A stretch of DNA of 64,000 bases from the IMG/VR virus record IMGVR_UViG_3300037471_001733, positions 22,201 to 86,200 of that record, one strand, 5' to 3'. This stretch comes from a virus. Taxonomy: Duplodnaviria; Heunggongvirae; Uroviricota; Caudoviricetes. The notes beneath the pieces were generated by a model that worked only from the letters and a program-made list of their open reading frames with translations, was not told the DNA's origin and did no database searches. Of this stretch, positions 46,770 through 54,973 are shown in pieces (the stretch's first letter is position 1; each line of letters starts with the position of its first letter). Made by a program: the position numbers and the translations under genes.

Positions 46770-47251
46770 TGCGCGGCGTGTTTGCCGACCTGCGTGACCG
46801 AGTGTTTGGCCGCCTGGTAGTTGTGGACATGCATGACAAGCTGCCCACCGGCCAAGTGCTGTGGCTGTGCCTGTGCGAGTGCGGTGAAACGAAGGCTGTT
46901 CAGAGCGGCCACTTGACAAGCGGCCGCATCAGTTCCTGCGGCTGCCTGAAGCGCGAGAGTCAGCCTGCGCACCTGTGGACCGCCGAGAACATCGCCAAGT
47001 CCAGTGCTGCCCGCCTGACCAAGCGCGCAGCACGCTTTGAGCAGGCCCGCCGCCGTGTATGGGGGCTTCTCACTCCTGTTGAGAGCATCGACCGCCAAGG
47101 TGAGGAGTTCTGGCGTTGCGCGTGTGTGTGTGGTGGAGAAAGAACTGCCTGGGCAGCCGACATACGCCGCGGCAAGACCATCTCTTGCGGCTGCAGTCGG
47201 CGTGGCTTGTCCTACGGCAAGGCTCATGACGGAGTCGCGACATGCGCGTGA
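46769..47251 (+). CDS. Cys-repeat protein (160 aa)
   Basis: Two repeats of W.C.C.CG....V....(L/I)..G...SCGC. Confidence 0.5.
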   Translation: MRGVFADLRDRVFGRLVVVDMHDKLPTGQVLWLCLCECGETKAVQSGHLTSGRISSCGCLKRESQPAHLWTAENIAKSSAARLTKRAARFEQARRRVWGLLTPVESIDRQGEEFWRCACVCGGERTAWAADIRRGKTISCGCSRRGLSYGKAHDGVATCA

Positions 47252-47649
47252 TGCTCATCGCCTGCTCGAAGGCCAAGCGCCCGCACGAAGCGGTTGCGGC
47301 CGAGCTCTACCAGGGCGACCTGTTCAAGAAGGCTCGCGCACTGGCCGAGAATCGCGGGGCCCGCTGGTTTGTGCTTTCGGCCAAGCATGGAGTGGTTTCG
47401 CCCGACCGCGTGCTGCACCCCTACGACGACACACTGGCGCATGCCACGCGGGACCGCCTCGCCGCCTGGAATGCGCTGGTGCTGTCTCAACTGGTCGAGG
47501 CCAAGCTGCTGGCTGAGCCGCTGGAGATCCTGGCTGGCCGCTGCTACCGCGGCTGGGCTTCATGCCTGGATGCGACTGTTCCGATGCGCGGTATGGGCAT
47601 CGGCAAGCAGAAGGCGTGGCTTGCCGAGCAACTGCGGAGGGCTGCGTGA
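47242..47649 (+). CDS. DUF6884-like protein (135 aa)
   Basis: VMLIACSKAKR...ELYQGDLFKKARALAE..GARWFVLSAKHGVVSPDRVLHPYDDTL matches DUF6884 pattern (memory). Confidence 0.5.
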   Translation: MRVMLIACSKAKRPHEAVAAELYQGDLFKKARALAENRGARWFVLSAKHGVVSPDRVLHPYDDTLAHATRDRLAAWNALVLSQLVEAKLLAEPLEILAGRCYRGWASCLDATVPMRGMGIGKQKAWLAEQLRRAA

Positions 47650-47822
47650 TGGCCCGCCGAGACGGTTTAGCACGCGGCTCCAAGTGGCTACTGCCCAGCG
47701 GCCGCGTGGCAACGGTGGATGTCCTGAAGGGCTACCACGTCACGCTGCGGTACGCGGACGACACGGACGAGTCTGTGGAACTGCTGCTGTCGTTCCTGAC
47801 GCAACACGGCATCGAAGTATGA
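47649..47822 (+). CDS. hypothetical protein (57 aa)
   Basis: TGATG junction. Confidence 0.45.
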   Translation: MARRDGLARGSKWLLPSGRVATVDVLKGYHVTLRYADDTDESVELLLSFLTQHGIEV

Positions 47823-48043
47823 GCAGCCTCACCGAAGCCACGCTGGCCGAAGGCGACTTCACTGCCCGCGAGCGCGCACTGTTGCAGGCGCTCCAGCCGT
47901 TCGCTTACTACGGAAGCCTCGACGGCACCGTGCATCACTTTGCCGCGCTGTTCCCTGTGCACGAGCGCGAGCGGATCAAGGAAGAGTTTGCGCGGGCAAC
48001 CCGCGTGTACCGGAAGGCGACTTCCGCCAAGGAGGAATCGTGA
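47819..48043 (+). CDS. hypothetical protein (74 aa)
   Basis: ATGA overlap. Confidence 0.45.
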   Translation: MSSLTEATLAEGDFTARERALLQALQPFAYYGSLDGTVHHFAALFPVHERERIKEEFARATRVYRKATSAKEES

Positions 48044-48456
48044 ATGCTGTCATCGAATCTTGGTTCCCATCGAGGGCGAAGAAGCCCGCGAAGCCACAGC
48101 AAACCCGCCTAGGCCGTCGCCGGATGCTAGACCTCAACACCATCGCGCCGGCTGCGGTCCCCGGCCCGTACATCAAGCGCGCTGGCGACCGCTGCCTGTA
48201 CGCCGAAGTCGGCGGTGAGATGGTGCTGCTGGGCATGGCGTTCCAAGGTCTGCACCCGACGATCACCCCGGCGATGAGCGAAGCGACTGCGCAGCAGTTC
48301 AAGGCGGCCCCGGACCTGTTTGCGGTGACGCTGGAGCTGGCGCGGCTGGCCGACCAGGCGCACGAGCTTGATGAGCAGGCGCTGCGCCAGCGCGTTGCTG
48401 CGCTGTTCGACCCGGCTGAGGTTGCGCTGGCCCGTGCGACTGGCCTGCTGGGGTGA
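48040..48456 (+). CDS. hypothetical protein (138 aa)
   Basis: GTGA overlap; APDLFAVTLELARLA Ead-like segment. Confidence 0.5.
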   Translation: MNAVIESWFPSRAKKPAKPQQTRLGRRRMLDLNTIAPAAVPGPYIKRAGDRCLYAEVGGEMVLLGMAFQGLHPTITPAMSEATAQQFKAAPDLFAVTLELARLADQAHELDEQALRQRVAALFDPAEVALARATGLLG

Positions 48457-48459
48457 GTC

Positions 48460-48675
48460 ATGAGCGCGCAACTCCACCAATCTGCGATCCGCATCCTGTT
48501 TGCGGCCCGACAAGCTGACCCGCTGCAGGTTGATGCGCTGATCGCTCGGCACGAGCGTGAGTGCGTCGCCGAGATGGCCGAAGAGGCAGCGGCTGGCCAA
48601 CTGACGTGCCCGCCGTGCACGAGAAATTGCAGCCAGGGCCTCACCTGTCCTGCCCGTCAACAGAAAAATGGTTAA
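48460..48675 (+). CDS. hypothetical protein (71 aa) with C-terminal Cys cluster
   Basis: ORF; CPPCTRNCSQGLTCP. Confidence 0.45.
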   Translation: MSAQLHQSAIRILFAARQADPLQVDALIARHERECVAEMAEEAAAGQLTCPPCTRNCSQGLTCPARQQKNG

Positions 48676-48685
48676 GGAGCCGACC

Positions 48686-48943
48686 ATGGACCAGAACAGC
48701 GCCATCCTTTATCGCCGCGCCCGCGAAGAAGACTTTGTGGACACGGAGCCGGCAGCGTTCGACGGCCACATCCCGCTGTCCGAGTGCAGCGAGGAAACGC
48801 AGTCCCTCTGGGCCGAGCACCAGATAGCGGCCTGCGCGCGCTGCCGGTATGGCTGCAACCCGCCGCTGCCGAGTTGTACTGGCGGCATCGGCATCAAGGA
48901 GATCTTGGGATTTCTGTTCTATCCCCTGGCGCGGAGGGCTTGA
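48686..48943 (+). CDS. hypothetical Cys-containing protein (85 aa)
   Basis: AAGGAG RBS 7 nt before ATG 48686. Confidence 0.5.
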   Translation: MDQNSAILYRRAREEDFVDTEPAAFDGHIPLSECSEETQSLWAEHQIAACARCRYGCNPPLPSCTGGIGIKEILGFLFYPLARRA

Positions 48944-48944
48944 A

Positions 48945-49103
48945 ATGCTGGATCACTACTTCCTGGCCGGCGACGGCCCCAAGGAACTGATCGACCGTGA
49001 GTTTGTGCGCACGCGCAACGACCGGGCACGGTCGCTGGTGTGGGACGTGCTCGCCTTTGTCGGCGGCATCGGCCTGTTCGTGCTGTCTTACCTCAGCCGC
49101 TGA
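48945..49103 (+). CDS. small C-terminally membrane-anchored protein (52 aa)
   Basis: LVWDVLAFVGGIGLFVLSYL TM helix. Confidence 0.4.
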   Translation: MLDHYFLAGDGPKELIDREFVRTRNDRARSLVWDVLAFVGGIGLFVLSYLSR

Positions 49104-49112
49104 AAGCAAACC

Positions 49113-49604
49113 ATGACCGAAAAACAAACAATCACCGAAGAGTCCGGTATCCACAATGAGTGGTACGAAGAGGCCAAGAAAGTCACGCTGGAAACTCTGC
49201 CGGCCTTCGTCACCAAGCTGTGCAACGACTACTCGCACGACTACGGGACCATCTGCCACGCCATGGCTGCCGCGATGACGGCGGCCATGAACGCAGTGGA
49301 CAGTTCGCCTACCGGTGGCATCACCGGATTCCAGGCCGGCTGCGTCATGTGGATGGTGCTGAAGCACGCATTCCACAAGGATGGGCCGATGTCTCTCGTG
49401 GACTGGACGAACCTGCTTTATCCGCAGTACGCCGATCGCTTCACCACGATTCCCAAGCAATCCTGGGAACGAGTTCGCGAGATAGCGCAGAAGAAACTCA
49501 GTGAAGACGACAAGCGTTACTGGTCGCTAGGCGTGCTGTCTCACATGCAGTCCATCGCTGAACACGGTATCCCGCCCTTCGGGCTGAAGGTTGCCGCCAA
49601 CTGA
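49113..49604 (+). CDS. hypothetical protein (163 aa)
   Basis: ORF; lower-GC codon choice at N-terminus; no motif recognised. Confidence 0.55.
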   Translation: MTEKQTITEESGIHNEWYEEAKKVTLETLPAFVTKLCNDYSHDYGTICHAMAAAMTAAMNAVDSSPTGGITGFQAGCVMWMVLKHAFHKDGPMSLVDWTNLLYPQYADRFTTIPKQSWERVREIAQKKLSEDDKRYWSLGVLSHMQSIAEHGIPPFGLKVAAN

Positions 49605-49658
49605 GCTACGGGCGCACCGGCTGCCCTGACGCCGGCATCCAACCTCTCGGAGACCGCC

Positions 49659-50366
49659 ATGACGTATCGTGCAGTTGACCCTTTGACCGGCAAGTCCATA
49701 GGCCTCGGCAACTACAAGCCGCGGCCTGAACTGGAGAAGCGCTTGGCCGAGCAGGTGCAGCGCAAGACCAGCGAAGGCACGTTCAAGACCGGCGCCGATG
49801 GGCGCACAACGTTCGTGCCCAAGTTCATTGAGGAGGCAGCTGCGCATGCGGTCACCGCCGCACCGTTGACGCAGTTCAAGCCGGGCGACCGCGCGCGAGT
49901 CATCGCCTCTGCTGCTGAGCTGCACGAGGCCGGCTTCAGCGCGGGCTTCTCCGCATTTCTTGCTGGGCGCGAAGTTGTGATTGAGGAAGAGGCCCGGTGC
50001 GGGTTTGGTCAGGCCCGTCACCTCGTGAGCTTTACCTACACAGATAGTTGGGGCGACTCGGCCAGCGTCAGGGCGGTGTTCCTGAGTCGCATCCATGAAG
50101 CCGAGGGCGACGACGAGCGAGAAGCCATGGGCCTGACCTCGGCTGAGGCTGGCGTGCTGTCGCCTAGCGAGGCCGCTCGGGAATTTGATCCGTTCGCGGA
50201 GCCGTTGGGCATTGGCGACTACGTGGAATGCGTACGCGAAGACAGCATGCTCTTTGGCTGTCGCGGAGAGGTTGACCAAATCGACGGCACATGGGTGCAC
50301 GTGCTTGGGCTTGGCGGGTGGGATGCCGACCATCGCCACTTCCTGAAGCTCATCGCCAAGGCCTGA
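49659..50366 (+). CDS. hypothetical protein (235 aa)
   Basis: ORF; no motif recognised. Confidence 0.55.
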   Translation: MTYRAVDPLTGKSIGLGNYKPRPELEKRLAEQVQRKTSEGTFKTGADGRTTFVPKFIEEAAAHAVTAAPLTQFKPGDRARVIASAAELHEAGFSAGFSAFLAGREVVIEEEARCGFGQARHLVSFTYTDSWGDSASVRAVFLSRIHEAEGDDEREAMGLTSAEAGVLSPSEAAREFDPFAEPLGIGDYVECVREDSMLFGCRGEVDQIDGTWVHVLGLGGWDADHRHFLKLIAKA

Positions 50367-50432
50367 CCATCTAACTGATCCATGCCCGGCGCGGGCTGCG
50401 CGCCAATTCCACAGAAGACGGAGACGGAAACC

Positions 50433-51374
50433 ATGACTACTGCACTCGCTCTCATGAGCAACCGCCTGGCGCAACGCTTCGGCATGGTCGAAGACGCCGA
50501 GTTGATTCCTGTGCTCAAGGCAACTGCGTTCAAAGGTCAGGTCAGTGACGCGCAGATGACGGCGCTGCTGATCGTTGCCGATCAATACGGCCTGAATCCG
50601 TGGACCAAGGAAATCTACGCTTTCCCAGACCCGCAGAACGGCATCGTGCCGGTGGTCAGCGTTGACGGCTGGAGCCGCATCATCAATGAGCACCCCGCCT
50701 TCGACGGCATTGAGTTCGAGTTGTCCGGCAAGGGCGATGACATGGAGATGCTGTGCCGCATCTTCCGCAAGGACCGCAGCCGCCCGATCGCAGTGACGGA
50801 GTACTTGACCGAGTGCAAGCGTGAAACGAAGCCTTGGAAGTCTCACCCGCGACGCATGCTGCGTCACAAGGCTGAGATCCAATGCGCCCGATTGGCCTTC
50901 GGCTTCGCTGGGCTCCACGACCACGACGAGGCGGAGCGCATTGTGGAAGCATCGTCTGGCGCACCGAAGAACATGGGGGCAGCCCAGGTGGTCGAGGCCG
51001 CCGCAGCTGCGGAAATGCCGCTCGGCCTGCTGGAGTCAGCCGAGAGCGCTGCGACCGAAGGGGTGGCCATCTATCAGGAATTCTGGAAGTCAACCGGCCC
51101 GGAAAACCGCAAGGCGCTGGCTGGCCACCATGCGCGGCTGAAGCAAGCAGCCATTGACGCCGACGCGGCGCGCACGGTGGAGATGCCCACGACCGGCGGC
51201 CAAGCCGAGCAGCCCACGCTGGACCTGGTGGCGCTGGAGCGGCGCATCGGCAGCTGCAACGACGCTCAGGTGTTGCTGCTCATTGCCGACGACGTGGCCA
51301 CGCTGCCCGAGGGTGAGGATCGCGCGCGGCTGGAGAAGTTGATCGCGGTGCGCGGCGAAGCGCTGGAGGGCTGA
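50433..51374 (+). CDS. bet: single-strand annealing protein, lambda Bet (Red-beta) homolog
   Basis: Long near-identical blocks to lambda Bet from memory: LLIVADQYGLNPWTKEIYAFPD.QNGIVPVV.VDGWSRIINE, HP.RMLRHKA.IQCARLAFGFAG..D.DEAERI. Confidence 0.9.
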   Translation: MTTALALMSNRLAQRFGMVEDAELIPVLKATAFKGQVSDAQMTALLIVADQYGLNPWTKEIYAFPDPQNGIVPVVSVDGWSRIINEHPAFDGIEFELSGKGDDMEMLCRIFRKDRSRPIAVTEYLTECKRETKPWKSHPRRMLRHKAEIQCARLAFGFAGLHDHDEAERIVEASSGAPKNMGAAQVVEAAAAAEMPLGLLESAESAATEGVAIYQEFWKSTGPENRKALAGHHARLKQAAIDADAARTVEMPTTGGQAEQPTLDLVALERRIGSCNDAQVLLLIADDVATLPEGEDRARLEKLIAVRGEALEG

Positions 51375-51377
51375 TCT

Positions 51378-52064
51378 ATGGCGCTAATCGTCCACACCGA
51401 CCCGCAGGGTAGTGAGGCGTGGCTCGCGGCACGCCGCGGCATCCCGACCGGCAGCCGTTTCAAGGATTGCCGTGACTACCTAAAGCCCACGGCAGCCGAG
51501 GTCAAGGCCGGCGCCACGCGCGGCAAGCCCTCCGCGAAGCTGCTGGGCTATGCGATGGATCTGGCGCGCGAGCGGGTCGGTGGCCATGTGCCTCCCGTGT
51601 TCCAGACCGCCGCGATGCGTACCGGCCATATCGAGGAGCCAAAAGCACGACTCGCCTACGAGGAAGAGACCGGCAACATCGTGATCGAAGCCGGCTTCAT
51701 CACGACGGAAGACCGGCGCTGGGGCGTGTCGGTGGACGGCCTCGTGAAGCCCAAGGGTGGAATCGAGGTGAAGACTATGGTGAGCAGCGCCACGCTGTTC
51801 AAGGCCGTGGTCGAAGGCGACATCAGTGAGTACATCGACCAGATCAACGGCGCGATCCTGCTGCTTGAACTGGACTGGCTCGACCTTGTGCTCTGGGCGC
51901 CCGACCTGGCGCACCTGGGGCGCGGGCTCACCATCCGCCGCATCTGGCGTGACGAAGCTGCGATCCGAGCACTGGAAGCGGACCTGCTGACCTTCGTGGC
52001 GCTGGTCAATGACTTCGAGGCCGCGCTGCGTGCGCCGGCAGTGGAAACCGAAGGAGCCTTCTGA
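51378..52064 (+). CDS. YqaJ-type (lambda-Exo-fold) recombination exonuclease
   Basis: QGSEAWLAARRGIPTGSRF N-terminus, ...SVDGL....GIEVKT PD-(D/E)XK core; directly downstream of bet as in lambda. Confidence 0.75.
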   Translation: MALIVHTDPQGSEAWLAARRGIPTGSRFKDCRDYLKPTAAEVKAGATRGKPSAKLLGYAMDLARERVGGHVPPVFQTAAMRTGHIEEPKARLAYEEETGNIVIEAGFITTEDRRWGVSVDGLVKPKGGIEVKTMVSSATLFKAVVEGDISEYIDQINGAILLLELDWLDLVLWAPDLAHLGRGLTIRRIWRDEAAIRALEADLLTFVALVNDFEAALRAPAVETEGAF

Positions 52065-52321
52065 TGGCAATCGACAAGTCCCTGCGCGGCGGCCAGTTCG
52101 AGACCGTCTACAGGAAGGACACGATTTCGCTCGAATGGGTGCAGCCGGGTCCAGACAGGAAGTCGCTAGTGCTCGCAACCGTCGATACGCAATTGTGCGA
52201 CGAAGATTTTGCGCTTGAGCAGGCGTTTGCGGAGTTTCAGCGGCACCTGATGTCTTCGTTCCTCAAGCACAGGCTGGGCTTTGTCTCGGTTAGGCCGGGA
52301 GACGGGCCGGACACGCACTAG
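52064..52321 (+). CDS. hypothetical protein (85 aa)
   Basis: TGATG junction with exonuclease gene. Confidence 0.5.
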   Translation: MAIDKSLRGGQFETVYRKDTISLEWVQPGPDRKSLVLATVDTQLCDEDFALEQAFAEFQRHLMSSFLKHRLGFVSVRPGDGPDTH

Positions 52322-52341
52322 ACACTTTTCGGGCGATCCCA

Positions 52342-52397
52342 GCGTGATGAGCTTTTTCCAATCTTCGTCTCCTCCCTAGCGGGCTTGCTCATCACGC
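52342..52397 (+). promoter_or_regulatory. perfect 11-bp inverted repeat with 34-nt pyrimidine-rich loop in the leader of the deazaguanine cassette
   Basis: GCGTGATGAGC (52342-52) / GCTCATCACGC (52387-97); loop contains TCTCCTCCC. Confidence 0.45.
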
Positions 52398-52484
52398 GCA
52401 GCTTCGGCTGCCGCCTTTCTTCTTTCTGCGGCGAACAACAGCACGACGGGGTCTGCTTCCTCCCTGTACTCCTCCTTACCCGTC

Positions 52485-53357
52485 GTGCGGCGGCGTGTGC
52501 TGCCAGCCGCTCTTTCTTTTGATGGCAACTGCGAAAACCCCGGGGCTACGAGCGCGGCCAGCAGAGCCGCGCCGCCAGCCCCACCAACCAACTACAGCGA
52601 GATTCACGTGATCCACTACCACGGACTGCCGATTACGCCGGACACGGCAGCAGAGCGTGCTATTGCTGGCGGCCATGCGTTTGTGTCATTCGCGCACCCT
52701 GAGCAATTGGGTCTCGCTGCGGCTGTGGCGCAATCATTCGCCATTGATAACGGCGCGTTCTCGGCTTGGCGGGCCGGCCGTCCGGTAACGGACTGGACGC
52801 CTTTCTACGAATGGGCTGCCGCAGCCAAGCGCATCCCTGGCTGCGACTTCGCCGTCATACCTGATGTCATTGACGGCACTGAGGCTGACAACGATGCGTT
52901 GCTTGCCGAGTGGCCGCTGCCCAACTGGTTCGGGGCGCCCGTGTGGCACATGAACGAGGGCCTGGATCGCCTGGAGCGCTTGGCCACCGTCTTCCCTCGC
53001 GTGTGCATCGGCAGTTCTGGCGAGTTCGCAATGGTGGGAACGCCGACGTGGTGGGGCCAGATCGCCCGCGCCATGCGTGTTGTGTGCGACGACGATGGGC
53101 GCCCGATGTGCAGGCTCCATGGCCTGCGCATGCTGGACCCGGAAGTGTTCAAGCATCTCCCGTTTTCCAGCGCAGACAGCACGAATATCGGCCGCAACAT
53201 TGGCATCGATCAAGCTTGGCGCGGCACCTATACGCCGCCGACGAAAGAGGCGCGGGCAGCTGTCATGCGCTCGCGCATTGAGGCTGAGAACGCGCCAGCA
53301 CGCTGGGCGTTTCGCATCCCCGAGTTCCATCCTGAAGACCAAGGGAGCCTGCTGTGA
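52485..53357 (+). CDS. dpdA: DpdA-like DNA-guanine transglycosylase candidate (TGT superfamily); start uncertain (GTG 52485 or GTG 52608)
   Basis: IDNGAFSAW resembles the TGT DSGGFQ loop; ATGA-type coupling into queC; assignment rests mainly on context with queC/E/D. Confidence 0.55.
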   Translation: MRRRVLPAALSFDGNCENPGATSAASRAAPPAPPTNYSEIHVIHYHGLPITPDTAAERAIAGGHAFVSFAHPEQLGLAAAVAQSFAIDNGAFSAWRAGRPVTDWTPFYEWAAAAKRIPGCDFAVIPDVIDGTEADNDALLAEWPLPNWFGAPVWHMNEGLDRLERLATVFPRVCIGSSGEFAMVGTPTWWGQIARAMRVVCDDDGRPMCRLHGLRMLDPEVFKHLPFSSADSTNIGRNIGIDQAWRGTYTPPTKEARAAVMRSRIEAENAPARWAFRIPEFHPEDQGSLL

Positions 53358-53890
53358 GCAAAGTTATCCTGTTGTCCGGCGGCCTGGATTCCGCCCTGTG
53401 CTTGGCTCGCTACGGCGCCGACTTGGCCATTGGCTTCAATTACGGACAGCCGCATGCGATTGAGTTGGCCCATGCCGAGCGCATTGCAAGGCAGCACGGC
53501 GTGCCTTTCGAGATCCATGCGCTGCCGACCATGCCGCGCGTCAACGACGTCGTCTTCGCCGGCCGCAATGCGGTGATGCTGACGGCAGCCGCAGCCATTG
53601 CTCAGGCGCGCGGCCACGACGCGGTGTTGATCGGCTGCAACTTCTCGGATGCCACCCGGTTTCCTGACTGCCGGCCGGAATTCATTCGCAACATCAGCAA
53701 GGCGCTTGAGTCGGCATATGGCGTAAGCGTCTGCGCGCCGCTGCTGTTGTCCACCAAGACGCAGATAGTGGCAGAGGCCAAGCAACGCGGCATCACGGAC
53801 ACCTGGACCTGTTACGCGCCCACAACTGATGGTCAGCAGTGCGGCCAGTGCTACTCCTGCCAGGGCATCGCCTCAGCGAGCGCGTCATGA
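53354..53890 (+). CDS. queC: 7-cyano-7-deazaguanine (preQ0) synthase QueC, compact form (178 aa)
   Basis: MSKVILLSGGLDSALC PP-loop, FAGRNAVMLTAAA, C-terminal C..(10)..CGQCYSC zinc motif. Confidence 0.8.
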   Translation: MSKVILLSGGLDSALCLARYGADLAIGFNYGQPHAIELAHAERIARQHGVPFEIHALPTMPRVNDVVFAGRNAVMLTAAAAIAQARGHDAVLIGCNFSDATRFPDCRPEFIRNISKALESAYGVSVCAPLLLSTKTQIVAEAKQRGITDTWTCYAPTTDGQQCGQCYSCQGIASASAS

Positions 53891-54507
53891 CCTATACCGT
53901 CAAGGAGATCTTCTACACGCTGCAGGGCGAGGGCTTGCACGCCGGGCGCCCAGCGGTGTTCTGCCGCTTCGCCGGGTGCAACCTGTGGAGCGGGCGTGAG
54001 CAGGACAGGAGCAAGGCGGCATGCCGTTTCTGCGACACCGAGTTCCGCGGCGGCACGAAGTACCGCACGCCCGAGGATTTGGCTGATGCCATTGAGCAGG
54101 CGTGGGCGCCGCAGGTGGTGGCCCGACGCATGGTGGTGCTCACCGGCGGCGAGCCGGCGCTGCAGGTGGATCAGGCGCTTGTGCACTTGCTGCAGGCCCG
54201 CGGGTTCTATGTCGCCATCGAGACGAACGGCACCAAGGAACTGCCGCAGGGTCTGGATTGGGTGTGCGTGAGCCCCAAGGGCGATGAGCCGCTGCGTGTG
54301 GTGCATGGCAACGAGCTGAAGCTGGTGTACCCGCAGATGCTGGCACTGCCGCAGCGGTTTGAGGAGTTGGCCTTCGACCACTTCCTTCTGCAGCCCATGG
54401 ACGGCCCGTTCCTTGAGGCCAACACCCAGGCTGCCATCGAGTTCTGCATGGGCAACCCAAAGTGGCGGCTCTCGGTGCAGACCCACAAGTACATCGGAGT
54501 GCGCTGA
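53887..54507 (+). CDS. queE: 7-carboxy-7-deazaguanine synthase QueE (radical SAM)
   Basis: ATGA overlap; EIFYTLQGEGLHAGRPAVFCRFAGCNLWSG...CRFCDT, VLTGGEP, IETNGT, LLQPMDG...W.LS.QTHK. Confidence 0.85.
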   Translation: MTYTVKEIFYTLQGEGLHAGRPAVFCRFAGCNLWSGREQDRSKAACRFCDTEFRGGTKYRTPEDLADAIEQAWAPQVVARRMVVLTGGEPALQVDQALVHLLQARGFYVAIETNGTKELPQGLDWVCVSPKGDEPLRVVHGNELKLVYPQMLALPQRFEELAFDHFLLQPMDGPFLEANTQAAIEFCMGNPKWRLSVQTHKYIGVR

Positions 54508-54509
54508 CC

Positions 54510-54965
54510 ATGCCCACCACCATCATGAAACGCCTGGAGTTCGACGCCGGGCACCGCATCCCCAACCACGCCAGCAAGTGCCGCAACCTGCACGGCCACA
54601 GGTACGCGCTGGAAATCACGCTGGTGGGCGAGCCCATCGACGCCCCCGGCACCAGCAGCCACGGGATGCTGGAGGACTTCAGCGACGTGAAGCGCTTGGC
54701 GATGGAGCACCTCGTGGAGCCCTGGGACCACGCTTTCCTGGTGTACGAGGGCGACACGCAGGTGCTGGCGCTGCTGGCCGCGCTGCCCGGCCACAAGACC
54801 GTGGTGCTGCCGCGCGTGCCCACGGCCGAGAACCTCGTGGCGCTGGCCTTTGAAACGCTGGCGCCGATCTACACCGACCGCTTCGGCAACGGGCTGCGCC
54901 TGGAGCGCGTGCGCCTGTGGGAAACGCCGACGTGCTGGGCGGACTTCAGTTCCACAACCAACTGA
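54510..54965 (+). CDS. queD: 6-carboxy-5,6,7,8-tetrahydropterin synthase QueD
   Basis: LEFDAGHRIPNHASKCRNLHGHRY...WDHAFL...ENL pattern of PTPS/QueD. Confidence 0.8.
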   Translation: MPTTIMKRLEFDAGHRIPNHASKCRNLHGHRYALEITLVGEPIDAPGTSSHGMLEDFSDVKRLAMEHLVEPWDHAFLVYEGDTQVLALLAALPGHKTVVLPRVPTAENLVALAFETLAPIYTDRFGNGLRLERVRLWETPTCWADFSSTTN

Positions 54966-54973
54966 CGAGCACC

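Noticed and set aside
49527-50924. 465-aa minus-strand ORF
   Set aside because: Antisense to the lambda Bet homolog and upstream plus-strand genes; junk-like Arg/Ala/Leu-rich sequence.
52376-52591. 71-aa minus-strand ORF inside the leader of the deazaguanine cassette
   Set aside because: Antisense within a long plus-strand operon. The strong SD-like AAGGAGGAG on that strand is not followed by a start codon. Kept only as an alternative explanation for the gap.
52322-52607. preQ1 riboswitch upstream of the que genes
   Set aside because: I could not find the preQ1-I hairpin plus A-rich tail, or other preQ1 class consensus features. The region is C/U-rich rather than A-rich. Reported only as an unclassified structured leader.
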